Source of the DNA: Eledone cirrhosa
Taxonomy: Eukaryota
Direction: 5' to 3'
Assembly: GCA_964016885.1 (NCBI GenBank)
Contig: OZ024741.1
Location: 354,020,001-354,084,000 of the forward strand
Length of the DNA stretch: 64,000 nt
The position numbers and the translations under genes were made by a program. The first letter of the stretch is position 1, and every line of letters starts with the position of its first letter. The notes beneath the pieces were generated by a model. It was given only the letters and a program-made list of their open reading frames with translations, did not search any database and was not told where the DNA came from. Below are positions 23,619 through 39,111 of this stretch, one piece after another.

Positions 23619-24820
23619 GCCCACTTATTCCTGCAAGGATCGTGAGGGCAGAGTCCTTCCAGCGGATCCTGTCAGAAACAACCATCTCCAAATGATCCGG
23701 CTGGATCCCCAACCGAAACCAACCAAGCTCATGGATGTTGTCCTGCTTGGGGTCTACTCCTGGGTCTCCTGTCGGTAGGCTTTGCCCGTAAAATCTGTCC
23801 AGCAATTCTTTCTTGAGACATTCTAACCATATGCCCATAGTATCGGAGCTGTGATCTCTCAATTCGGATAAGTAGCTGCTTTAATTGGAGTGACCCTCTA
23901 TCAAGTAACGTTACTCCAAACACCCTTCGGAGGAAACCCATTTTGGCCGTTTGTATTCGCGATCGTATTCTTTCAGTCATTACCCAAGATTCATGACCTT
24001 AGGTAAGGACTGGCACGAATACCGAATTGAAGGTAGCGAGTTTGGCTTTTACGCCTACCTCCCTTCTGATTACTGAATGCTGAAGCTGGCGCATTACTGC
24101 ACCATCTCCTACAATTCTTTTAATTAATTAAGCCTGCAGCCTTCCATCATTTGTAAACACGGCCTTGAGATACTTGAATTTCTCCACCTACTGCAGTGGA
24201 ACTCCAATCATATGTAGCAGGGTTCCTTGAGAGGACGTGTGTCTCAGTTTTCACAGAACTGATTTTCATTCCAGCCATGCAGCACTTGGCATCAATCCTA
24301 TCAAGCGCAAGTTGGAGATCACCTTCTGTCGAGTTAAGTAGCACCATGTCGTCTGCAAATTCCAGGTGACTGATTTTAAACCCGCCAGTCATGATACCAC
24401 TTCCAACCCGGCTGCGCATGTCAATCCTGTTCATAAAATAATGAACAGGAGAGGTGATAGTACGCACCCTTAGCGACTTCCGACTCCCATATTGAATAGT
24501 TTTGATTTAGCACCATTTATCAGAACACAAATACTCGGGCATTCATATAGAGACATCGGGGAAGCAAGAAGCTGACCATCGATCCCATATACTGCAGAAC
24601 CTTCCACAGTAGGTCCCGATTCAAGAATATACCTCTTGGCAATACTCACATGCTTTCTCGAAGACCTGCTGCAGTGTAAATACTTGGTCCGCTGTGCTGC
24701 GTCTAGAGTGAAAACCGCACTGTTCATCAGCTAACTTGGACTCGACAATCACCTAGCATCTCTTTGCCAGACACTTACATAGACTTTACCGGGGAGGCTT
24801 AACAAAGAGATCCCTCTAAA
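23618..24820 (-). mobile_element. Degenerate RTE-clade LINE, 3' portion
   Basis: Fragments SHLEFADDMVLL, GMKISSVKTE, KMGFLRRVFGVT and QLRYYGHMVRM, with many frameshifts. Confidence 0.85.
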
Positions 24821-24877
24821 TGAATCGCCATGTTAAATGCCGTACAAGTAGGCTGTGTTTTGATATTTTACCAATTG

Positions 24878-24949
<72 letters not shown>

Positions 24950-24974
24950 ATATATATATCATTGTTGTTTGGGT

Positions 24975-25211
24975 GGTTTGGCTGTATCGCAAAAGCGTCC
25001 GACGAAATGCGTTATTTATTTACGACTTTCTACCTTCTGAGTTCAAATCTCGCCGAGGTTAAGTTTGTCTTTCATCGGTCCAGTTAATTATTAGGGCCGA
25101 TATAATTGATTTTTCCCTACCTTCAAATTGCTGGGCTTCTTCCAATGTTAGCATATCCTATTAGCATATATTTTTGATGAAATTGTACATAATGGCTGTT
25201 ACGCATTGTCC

Positions 25212-25246
<35 letters not shown>

Positions 25247-25323
25247 ATTGATTATATATATATATATATATAATAATTATATATATATATATATATATAT
25301 AATAATTATATATATATATATAA

Positions 25324-25368
<45 letters not shown>

Positions 25369-25580
25369 ATTGATTATATATATATATATATATAATAATT
25401 GATTCTACTTTTGGCACAAGGCCAGCAATTACCCAGTACATTACTGGTACTTTATTTTATCGACCCCGTAAGGATGAAAGGCAAAGTTAACCTCCACGGG
25501 ATTTGAACTCAGACTGTAAAGGGACGTAACTAAGCTAGAAAGCATGGCGTCCAACCCTCTACCGATACTGCCAATTCACT
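24975..25580. mobile_element. Two SINE copies (about 24975-25150 on +, about 25400-25580 on -) around an AT microsatellite
   Basis: B box GAGTTCAAATC and family core in opposite orientations. Confidence 0.8.
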
Positions 25581-26167
25581 GAGCGATACACAGATATATG
25601 TGCATACATACACATGTATATATAAAAAAAAAATGTTTTCACAAGTATGTGAGATTGTGTGTTGTCGACCTTAACCAGTGTTGCTCTATGATTATGAGAG
25701 ACAAGATAATCGAAATAATTAAATTGACTCAATATCAGAGCTATGTAATATATTATAAAGTAAGACTGGTTGTCAAGACTACATACACCTTCGCTTCTGC
25801 CGAGAGTTATAAAACCTGGATTCTTATAGAATTCCAGTTATGTTTACGAGATGTTTAAACTCATTAACATACAGAGTGGTTGCTGGACCATCAAAAATTA
25901 GAAATTAGTATTGGTGCTATCTATCTAATTCTCGGCATCAGCGAAGAGGTATGTAGTCTTCATAACCATTTACAAGTGAGAAACAGTACTACCGTCGATT
26001 ACTCCCTTTTGCTTTTGTCTAGACTAAGTATGTGACGTAGTCACTACAAAAATTCATAGCGAATAGTCTTCGAAATGTTTTAAAATAAAAATACAGTATA
26101 TTATCAAATATACTATACATACATTCATATATACATTCAGAACATCAATACTAATATATATATATAT

Positions 26168-28795
<2,628 letters not shown>

Positions 28796-28837
28796 CATAC
28801 TCTATAACGAGGGGGCAGCCACCATGTGTATATATAT

Positions 28838-29380
28838 ACATGGTGTCTGCCCCCTCGTTATAGAGTATGGCCATTGCACGATATACCATTATTAATAATT
28901 ATTAATTAATTCTTGGCAGTATCGGTAGAAGGTCGGACGCCATGCTTTCCAGCATAGTTACGTCCCTTTACGATCTGAGTTCAAATCCCGCCGAGGTTGA
29001 CTTTGCCTTTCATCCTTACGGGGTCGATAAAATAAAGTACCAGTAATGCACTGGGTAATTGCTGGCCTTGTGCCTAAAGTAGAAACAATAAATTAATTCT
29101 ATCGTGCAATGCCTGTGCATGAAGATATTTTTTAAAGTGAGGAAAGACTGTGCACTGAGCCAATCCCACTCTCTGGGCGACAGTAGCTTTAACCCGAATA
29201 GAAGAAAAGATCAGCATCATCGGTAACTACTAAGCTGCAGGTTATATATCGGAGTTATCCCAGTTTCCTGAGTTGCCTTCTCCTAGAAGAATGCCCTGAA
29301 AAAGGCTAGGGGTCCTTCACTCCCAGTGGTTTAACCACGCGATCGGGTGTCGAGCCCGACTATTTCTATGTCCCCGTGCA
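28838..29380 (-). mobile_element. Divergent relative of the short RTE-derived non-autonomous element, interrupted by a SINE (about 28915-29090, +)
   Basis: Shares CCTTCTCCTAGAA..GCC.TGA.AAAGGCTA and the 3' end GGCAG.CACCATGTAT with the 29509 family. Confidence 0.6.
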
Positions 29381-29450
29381 TATACATATACATGCAGCCA
29401 TGCATATATACACATATACATATACATGTATATGCACATGTGTATATACA

Positions 29451-29484
<34 letters not shown>

Positions 29485-29508
29485 CATACATACATACATA
29501 CATACATA

Positions 29509-30079
29509 CATGGTGGCTGCCAACTCGTTTTCGAGTACGGCCACTACTTTATATCCATGTAGGAGAACCCCTACCGATGCGCTGAACGAGTGTGACTTTT
29601 TAGTCCAGCCAGCGACTTGAAAACTCTGGTACAAACACTACACCTGTAACAATTATTGACACATAGTGCTGGGCCCATGGTACCATGTGACGACAAGTGC
29701 AGAGAGATCTCCAGATATAAAGCAATGCCTGTGCCATGAAGCTTTTATAGTGAGCAAAGGCACTGCACAAAGCCAGTCCCACTCTCTTAACCGAGATGAT
29801 ATTTACCAAAAAGAAGAACAAGTCAACATCATTGGATACCATCAGGGTTGCAGGTGTTATATCAGAGTTTTCCTTCTCCTAGAATTCTGCCTTGACAAAG
29901 GCTAAGGGGTCATCTCTCCCGGTGATTTTGAATGGCCATTTACTCTTAAGAGCTCCTTTGCCCTTTGACTGGTTTTGTTTTTAGTCCTGCAGGATGTCCA
30001 AAGTCACCCTCCTCACCAAGAAACCTTGGTGGGGTTGCCAGTTTAGTCGCCAACGACCCGACCATGAGACAGGTTGTAC
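29509..30079 (-). mobile_element. Short RTE-derived non-autonomous element, copy A, (TATG)n tail
   Basis: Near-identical to copies at 42855, 46566, 49389 and 58998. The copies share a fixed 3' end and have variable 5' ends. C2H2 micro-ORF at 29571-29678. Confidence 0.85.
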
Positions 30080-30084
30080 ATACA

Positions 30085-30162
<78 letters not shown>

Positions 30163-30371
30163 TATATAACCAACATACACCATGGATATTATATATCCAG
30201 TGAATATCCAACCGATAAGGTATGATTTTCATGGGTATGCTCTATTTATAAAACAAACTTTGTATTTTATCTGATGAAAGCGTACCAATGTGTCTTGGTA
30301 CCCTTGAAATATATATAATAAAATAAATATGGTTTTATAAATATAGTTTTCCATTTATTTAATATCATTCT

Positions 30372-30434
<63 letters not shown>

Positions 30435-30498
30435 AACAGAATCAGGACCCCGGCGGCTGAGCTCCGGCCGTTTCAACAGCTAGATTTGAACACCAATA

Positions 30499-30546
<48 letters not shown>

Positions 30547-30560
30547 CATACATACATACA

Positions 30561-30591
<31 letters not shown>

Positions 30592-30658
30592 GTGTGTGTG
30601 TGTCCGTCTATCTATCCATACATACATACATACATACATACATACATACATACATACA

Positions 30659-30689
<31 letters not shown>

Positions 30690-31321
30690 GTGTGTGCGTG
30701 CGTGCGTTATTATATGTTATCTGTCCGTGTGTGTACGCATACGTTATGTTCTGTATGCGTGTATGTGTGTGTGTGTGTGTGTTTCTGATGTAGTTAGAAT
30801 AAGCTATACGTCTACTAATTGAAAAGTCGTATTAATCCGGATTCTTTCGACTCAAACGACTTTTTTACACGATATAATGCGCCAATATTAATGGGTCAGA
30901 CCTTCTGTTGTATTCATAATATCACAATATTAAATAATGAAATAAATAAATAAATAAAAGCAGACATTCTAAATGGAACCAACTAGAAACTAATAGAATT
31001 CAGATAATTATACAGTCTAAGAACGTAAAGGTTAGCTAAAAGCCCCTTGTGTGTTGGAAGCTGTCCGGTTGGTGGGTTGTTCAACCACGTGAGTCGTATT
31101 TCCGTTATATATGCGTGCCTTTTGAGTACGTTCTATGGTTTAATAGCAGCATTATTTCAATGATAAACTTGCGTGACTATACATGTATATACATACACAG
31201 AGGGAGACACGCACGCACATATACACACACATACACACACATACACACACACACACACATTCACTGAGCACTGTGTGTATATGTCTGTTGTGAGCGCATA
31301 TATATATATATATATATGTGT

Positions 31322-31478
31322 AACGAAGGAAATGTGGTAAGCAACCAGATGGACCATAACGCACCAAAGTACTCAATACTTAGGGTAGTAGAGTGGGTAA
31401 TAGGAACAAGTATGACCCTGACGGCAGAGCTCAAGCCGTTTCGACGGCTAATTCTGTCCAGAATTAGCCGTCGAAACG
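31322..31478 (-). mobile_element. Fold-back element family copy (partial second arm)
   Basis: Reverse complement of 26205-26365 with the same hairpin apex. Confidence 0.75.
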
Positions 31479-31962
31479 ATGATGATGATGATGATGATGA
31501 TGATATATATGTACACACACACACACATATATATGTGTGTGTGTGTGTACATATTTATCATCATCATCATCATCATCGTTTAACGTCTATCGTGCACGCT
31601 AGCACGGGTTGGACGGCTTTGTTCCATTTGAAGCGAGATTGATCGAGAGATCGTGTCTCTTTCGTACATATATACATACATATATATATACACATATATA
31701 TATATATAAATGTGTATGTGTTTGTGTCTATAAAATATGTATCCATAAATAGGGGTGTGTGTGTGTATATATATATATATGTGTGTTGTAATTAAGTTAT
31801 ACATATATATATATATAATCAAGGAGGTGTGGTAAGGAACCAGATGGACCATAACGCACCAGAGTACTCAATACTTAGGGTAGTAGAGCGGGTAGTATAC
31901 ATTTATACATATATATATATGTATATATTTATACATATATATATATATATATGTATATATTT

Positions 31963-32024
<62 letters not shown>

Positions 32025-32054
32025 TTATACATATATATATATATGTATATATTT

Positions 32055-32094
<40 letters not shown>

Positions 32095-32100
32095 TTATAC

Positions 32101-32188
<88 letters not shown>

Positions 32189-32190
32189 TT

Positions 32191-32252
<62 letters not shown>

Positions 32253-32254
32253 TT

Positions 32255-32302
<48 letters not shown>

Positions 32303-32304
<2 letters not shown>

Positions 32305-32495
32305 CGAGGGAAAAGTGGTAAGGAACCAGGTGGACCATAACGCACCAAAGTACTCAATACTTAGGGTAGTAGAGTGGGTAATAGGAGTAAGTAAGACCCC
32401 GACGGCTGAGCTCAAGCCGTTTCGACGGCTAATTCTGTACTCAGAATTAGCCGTCGAAACGGCTTGAGCTCAGCCGTCGGGGTCTTACTTACTCC

Positions 32496-32499
<4 letters not shown>
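32303..32499 (-). mobile_element. Fold-back element family copy with a perfect hairpin of about 120 bp (32380-32499), in (TA)n
   Basis: Arms ATAGGAGTAAGTAAGACCCC...GGGGTCTTACTTACTCCTAT around the loop TACT. Confidence 0.8.
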
Positions 32500-32562
<63 letters not shown>

Positions 32563-32564
32563 TT

Positions 32565-32610
<46 letters not shown>

Positions 32611-32612
32611 TT

Positions 32613-32715
<103 letters not shown>

Positions 32716-32899
32716 CATATATATATATACATATATGTATGTATATATTTATACATATATATATATATGTATGTGTGTGTATGCGAGTTTAAGTTATAAG
32801 TATATGCATTATATATTGTGTGTGTATACGTGTACATGTTGTATATGTGCCTGTAATGTTGCGAAATAATATATTAACAGTACTAATAATGTCTATGGT

Positions 32900-33325
32900 G
32901 CTGACGTCACGATGACTGGCTTAAACAATTTCAGCTATTATGTTTTCTTGCGTTTTCTTCTTTTTTCTTCTCTATTGACGCTACTTCTTTATTTTCTCTG
33001 TTTCCTACTCCTCCCCGCCTTGCTATTATCTTTCTTTCGTAGCTTGTGTAAGTGTGTGTGTGTGTGTGTGTGATTATATAAATATTGACGACACCGGGAC
33101 TTGACCGACCGCCTCCTTCTCATGCTGGTCACCGTCGTGACTTCAGGTATTTTCGGTCCCCGTTTTCTTCCATAAAATTCGAAGAAGTGCCTCTCGTGGG
33201 GTGGAGTGAATGATGGAGTACGAATCACCGGTTTTTTTGCCGCAGCAATGCCTCCGCCATTTTGTTTGCGGTGTGTAACTGAGATAAGCTGCCTAAACTG
33301 GAGTGTTGAGTCGGCCGCTCTCTCC
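32900..33325 (-). promoter_or_regulatory. Candidate host-gene promoter or first exon
   Basis: Non-repetitive, CpG-richer island. AAAATGGCGG (YY1-like/start context) on the minus strand near 33255-33264, and a CRE palindrome TGACGTCA at 32902-32909. Confidence 0.35.
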
Positions 33326-33389
33326 CTTTTCTTCTTTCGCTATTTCATATTTTCTGTTTCTTTTTCTTTTTATTGAAATATTAAATAAT

Positions 33390-33835
33390 AATTTCTATTA
33401 TTGGCACAAGGCCAGTAATTTGGGGGAGGGGAAAGTCGATTAAATCGATCCCAGTGCATTACTGGTTCTTTATTTTATCGACCCCGTAACTCTATGCTGC
33501 AAAGCATGGTGTCCGACTCCCTACCGATTCTGCCAATTCACTGCGCCCTATTGAAATATTAAATAATCCAAATGAAATTTTTTTAATAAAATTTAATCGT
33601 CTGATTTATCATCTCTATTCTATCGTATTGACTTGCTTATTACTCACTATATTAACACCACATAATCCCGCCGAGGTTAACTTTGCCTTTCATCCTTACG
33701 GGGTCGATAAAATAAAGTACCAGTAATGCACTGGGTATTTGCTGGCCTTGTGCCAAAAGTAGAAACAATTATTAAACAGCTCCGACTTTCCCTCCCCCAA
33801 AATTGCTGTCCGTGTGCCTATATAAGAAACCATTA
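33390..33835. mobile_element. SINE copies (about 33390-33545 on -, about 33663-33835 on +)
   Basis: Family core and tail motifs. Confidence 0.8.
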
Positions 33836-35121
33836 TTAAACAGCGCATCTTGTGCATATCAAACTGTAGTCGCTCAAAATGTTAGAAACAGCAACTAAAT
33901 CTCCCTCAGATCATTGTCTTAAGTGACGAAGAACACATTGGATAATCTAGTCCTTGGTACGTTATCCCTATAACGAAGGAATGTGCATGGATGGAAAGTG
34001 TTTAAACAGAGATCCGCTTTCTTGGGTGAATTGGGGGACTAAACAAAGCGATGCCATATACATATTGAATAGAAGAAGAAGAAGAAGAAGAAGAAGAAGA
34101 AGAAGAAGAAGAAGAAGAAGAAAACCTTCTCATCACCTATACAAAGGCATTGGCAATATTACTCGAAATAATTTTGCTATATTTAATAATGGCAGTCATG
34201 ATTATGGCGGTAGCATTACCTCTCTTTATTTCTGTGTGTCAGAATCGATGTCATGCTTGTTTATTATTAATTTTTTATGGGAGGGTTTTTCTGGGGCTTT
34301 TTATCAAATAAGACAAACAAAACTATCAAATAATACCACCCTGGAACTCGTAGTCATATCCAAAATAAAATATATAACAAAAATATACTCTCAGGTCTCG
34401 AATAACCCCCCACCCACCCCGCACCGCCGCGCTTATTAAATTTTGCTAATCTTTCTCCAACAAAATTTTATTTTAAGTGGTAGCATTCCTGCGACAATTA
34501 TTTTTCTCTATTCATTAAAAAACATTATACATGACCAAAAAAATAACATTACAAGAAATCTCATACGTTATAAATTAAATAGGATGGATTGGCGTTTCAA
34601 TATGTAAACTAAACGACTAATTCTGTTTTTTTTTGTTTTTTTTTTGTTTGTTTTTTAATCAACGATCACAACCTAGAAAAATTACCGATTTTCCACCCCC
34701 ACTTATTCCAACCCTCCTGCTTATTCCACCCCACCCCTATTATTTGGGGCCAATACCAAATCCCGAAAGTAAAAAACAGAATAATTTTCTCGAAAATTAA
34801 GGCAAGTTGTGTTACTAGATGCAATAATAATTATTATTTCTAACATTGGCACAATAGGAGCAATTTGGGGGAAAGAGGAAAGTCGATTATATCGACCCCA
34901 GTACGTAACTAGTACTTTATTTTATCGATCCCAGAAGGATAAAAGGCAAAGTTAACCTCGGCGGGATTTGAAATCAGAAACTTCAAGATGTGGAACAAAT
35001 ACCACTTAGCATCTGCCGACGCTTTAGCGATTATGAAAATCTACCGCCTTTAAAATTATTAATTAAGGCGAACACCAGGAATTTTGGAACAGAGAAGTCG
35101 ATTGATTCGACCGAAGTGCTT

Positions 35122-35450
35122 TATTTGAAATGTCATGCTATAGGCGTGCACTTAGAATTAGCTGGACAGCTCACAGAACAAATGAATCTGTCATGGAAGA
35201 GATTGGGGCTAATAATATTTTGGTCATATCATCAGGGCCCGAAATTTGACTACCCTTGAGGGGTGAATAGAGGGGAAAATGGCCAGGTGACAGAAGAAAA
35301 GGAGATGGACGATGATATTAAGGATTGGACAGGAAGGAGTTTGGCGAAATGTACGGCAATAGCAAGAGACAGAAAAAGATGGAGAGTGCTGGTCCATAAG
35401 TCCATGATCCCCGGCCCTCAGATATGAAGATGGAATGAGAAGGAAGGAAG
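35122..35450 (+). mobile_element. RTE-clade LINE 3' fragment inserted in a SINE
   Basis: Translates as FEMSCYRRALRISWTAHRTNESV...RRWT-DIKDWTG...ARDRKRWR, with a (GAAG)n tail. Confidence 0.7.
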
Positions 35451-35624
35451 GCTTTATTTTATCAACTACGGAATGGCGGTAGGATGAAAGATTAAGTTGG
35501 CCTAGGTAAAAGTTAAACTCATGACGTAAAGTATTGTAACTAAATACCACGAGATATTTTGTTCGACGTTCTGGAAAACCTGTTGGAGCTCAGAATCATA
35601 CGCCTTATGCTTTCGTCGTGAATA

Positions 35625-37290
35625 ATAATTTTCTACTTTTGGCACAAGGCCAGCAATTACCCCAGTGCATTCCTGGTGCTTTATTTTATCAACCCCGTAA
35701 GGATGAAAGGCAAAGCTAACCTCGGTGGGATTTGAACTCAGAACGTAAAGGGCTGTAACTCTATACTGCGGAGCATGGATGTTCGACGTTCTACCGATAC
35801 TAATAATAATTGTTTCTACTTTTGGCACAAGGCCAGCAATTTCCCCAGTGCATTACTGGTACTTTATTTTATCGACCCCCATAAGGATGAAAGGCAAAGT
35901 TAAACTCGGTGGTATTTGAACTCAGAACGTAAAGGGCCATAACTCTATGCTTCATGGTGTCTGAAACTCTACCGATACTGTTAATCCAATGAACCCATAC
36001 TCGCGTAGAAGATGGACGTTAAACGATGATGATGATGATGATGATTTCTACTAAGGGCACAAGGTCGACAATTTAGGAAGAGGGAAAAGTCGATTAAATC
36101 GACTCCAGTGTGTTACTGGCGCTTTATTTTATCGACCCCGTAAGGATGAAAGGCAAAGCTAACCTCGGCGGGATTTGAACTCAGAACGTAACGGGCTGTA
36201 ACTCTATACTGCGAAGCATGTTGTTCGACGTTCTACCGATACTAATGAAATATCTTGAATTAAAAGTCAATCAAATAATATCTAGGGGTTGCACACCTTC
36301 ACATCTTTTTGTATATGACTATTCTTTAGGACCTGGCCTGAAACCAATGAGGAAACCACACGAGAGAACGAAATGGGATGATAATAAACAGGAGTAATAT
36401 GTTCTAAATACACAATAATATTGGGATTAAATAGAGAAACACTTTTTATGGATGAAATTTATTACCAGAAACAGTTCCTGTTGTCCTCTGTGGACCTTGT
36501 TGAAATTATAATTGTTTCTACTTTTGGCACAAGGCCAGCAATTATCCCAGTGTATTACTGGTACTTCATTTTATCGACCCCGTAAGGATGAAGGGCAAGG
36601 TTAGCCTCGGCGGGATTTGAATTCAGAACGTAAAGGGCTGTAAATCTATGCTGTAAAGCATGGCGTCCGGCCCTCTACCGATACTGCCAATCCACCGCTA
36701 ACCTAATAATAATAACGGTTTCTTATATAGGCACAAGGTCAGCAATTTTGGGGGAGGGGAATGTCGATTAAATCGACCCCAGTGAGCGAGACTGGTACTT
36801 TATTTTATCGACAGTGTAAGGATGAAAGGCAAAACTAACCTCTACCGCGAAGCATGTTGTCCAACGCTCTACCGATACTAATAATAATGACTTCTTATAT
36901 AGGCATAAGGCCAGCAATTTGGGGAGAGAGGAGAGTCGATTAAATTGATCCCACTGTGTGACTGGTACTTTATTTTATCTACCCCGTTAAGCTCGGCGGG
37001 ATTTGAACTCAGATCATAAAGGCCCGTAACTCTTTACCGCGAAGCAAGTTGTCCGACGTTATACCGATACTAATAATAATTGTTTCTACTTTTGGCACAA
37101 GACCAGTAATTACCCAGTACATTACTGGTACTTTATTTTATCGACCCCGTAAGGATGAAAGACAAAGTTAACCTCGGCGGGATTTGAACTCAGACTGTAA
37201 AGGGACGTAACTATGCTAGAAAGCATGGCGTCCAACCCTCTACCGATACTGCCAATTCACCGCTAATAATAATTGTTTCTACGTTAGGCA
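35625..37290 (-). mobile_element. Dense co-oriented cluster of about 7 SINE copies separated by short (AAT)n
   Basis: Repeated GGCACAAGGCCAGCAATT...ATCGACCCCGTAAGGATGAAAGGCAAAG...GGGATTTGAACTCAG. Confidence 0.88.
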
Positions 37291-37391
37291 CAACAATGGT
37301 TATGGCCATTGTCGTGATGCGGAACAGTAACGTTGATTAGGTGTTAGATGAGAAATAAATAGTGAGTGAATGAGGCAGCAGTTTTCTGTGT

Positions 37392-37429
<38 letters not shown>

Positions 37430-37619
37430 CGGTAGGAAATATCGTTATCATTGACGTTCATCTATTCCAGTGGTTTGTTTTAAGTTTTCCGCAACGATGA
37501 TTGTTTTACAACGGTAATGGCTGCCTTCTTAATTTATTAACTACTGTGCGTCTACCAGTTGTGTGTCTAGATAAGCCTTCATGTGTGCGTATGGGTGTGC
37601 ATATATATATATTTATATA

Positions 37620-37693
37620 CAGGGTGTCCTAAAAACTGTATACATATTTTAACTGCATTCTAATCAAAGTGTGTATACACTTTTGGGGACACC

Positions 37694-37696
<3 letters not shown>
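37620..37696. mobile_element. 77-bp Tc1/mariner-type MITE
   Basis: TIRs CAGGGTGTCC...GGACACCCTG flanked by TA on both sides. Confidence 0.8.
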
Positions 37697-37749
<53 letters not shown>

Positions 37750-37756
<7 letters not shown>

Positions 37757-38310
37757 CTAAAATAAATAAGTCAAATACTTAAAATTTGGCTTCGTTTATT
37801 ACTGCTATATATATTTCAGTGACAGCCATCGTTGGCTGTGACCTCTTCAGGCAGTCCGAATTAGTGTGGTAGAGACAAGTACATATGTTGTTGAGGTGTT
37901 TAACTTTGTCAATACTCTGATATGCCCAGTTCCTGGTTGGATTGTTATTTCCAATGGGAGGAGAGGATGTCCTTTGACGCTGAAATTCGTTTGTTTAAAT
38001 TCATATGATTCCAGTTCCTCATAGAAACAACAATCCAACCAGGAACTGGGCATATCAGAGTATTGACAAAGTTAAACACCTCAACAACATGTGTACTCGT
38101 CTCTACCACACTAATTCGGACTGCCTGAAGAGATCACAGCCAAAGATGGCTGTCACCGAAATTTATATAACAGTAATAAACGAAGCCAAATTTTAAATAT
38201 TTGACTTATTTATTTTAGTTTATTTTACATTACTCCGGAGTAAACAAACCAACCTGCGCACTTCGCCGAGTGCTCCAATCTGCATACTGAGGTGTTGGTA
38301 TACAACAAAA
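37750..38310. mobile_element. Inverted-repeat element (arms about 37750-37950 and 38025-38225) with a hammerhead motif in each arm; probable Penelope-like pLTR remnant
   Basis: Inverted arms of about 200 bp with few mismatches, flanked by (TA)n. Confidence 0.8.
37801..37855 (-). ncRNA. Minimal type I hammerhead ribozyme motif
   Basis: ACTGC-CTGAAGA-GGTCACAGCC(AACGAT)GGCTGTCACT-GAAA-T-ATAT-A-TA-GCAGT: stems I and II, an intact core and a palindromic loop 3. Confidence 0.8.
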
Positions 38311-39111
38311 TATGTATATATCAAAATATATATATATATATATATCGTATATATAAAATTTAGCTTCAACATAACTGTATACATATATGTATGTGAATCC
38401 CGTATATCTAAAGATATACGGTATGTTTAATAGATAAACATTTTGAAAGTCAAGCTGTGAATATTTAAAGGCAGACGGCCAGCGCCGTCTAGCGGATTCC
38501 AGCTGAAGCAGCGAGGGATAACTGCCTATACGGATTTCGTATTTTTAGGTATAACTAGACCATTCCTGACCCGTTGGGTCACGTTCACTTGAAAATATTC
38601 GTAAAATATTTGCTGCAGTTCACTTTTTCTTATACAGCTTCATATGCAAATGAGGGTGATTTGGGGGGGGGGGGGGAGATAATCGATTATGTCAACTCCA
38701 ATATTTAACTGGTGCTTTATTTTGTCGACCTCGGAAGGATGAAAGGCAAAGTTGACCTCGATAAGCTTTAAACTCAGGAAGTAAAAAGCTGAAACAAACC
38801 CTGTTAATATATCTCCTACGCTATATCGACTATGCCTCTGAAATCACCCACCTCCACTCCCCCCATTTTTTTACCTTTCACTTATGACGGGAACGGCTCC
38901 AGCCACGATCCTAGAATTTTTCAGGAACATCGAGTCTGATGGGGATAAGAAGAAAGTAATCATCAAATTGGAGACCTGTTCGGGATGCTTGCAACAGTGT
39001 TATAACCGCTAAATATATCTTAGGACCATGTAGTGGTGTTAAACCGAGTGACGAATTGTGTCTACTACCAAAAGGAAGGACACATTTGATCATATATATT
39101 CAACGAAACTA

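Noticed and set aside
28915-29000. tRNA gene suggested by A/B-box-like motifs
   Set aside because: It is the head of a high-copy SINE and does not form a full cloverleaf.
29600-29905. Recurrent 79-80 aa ORFs (MVSNDVDLFF..., MLGPWYHV...) seen five times
   Set aside because: They recur only because the host repeat does. They have no recognisable domain and vary in length between copies.
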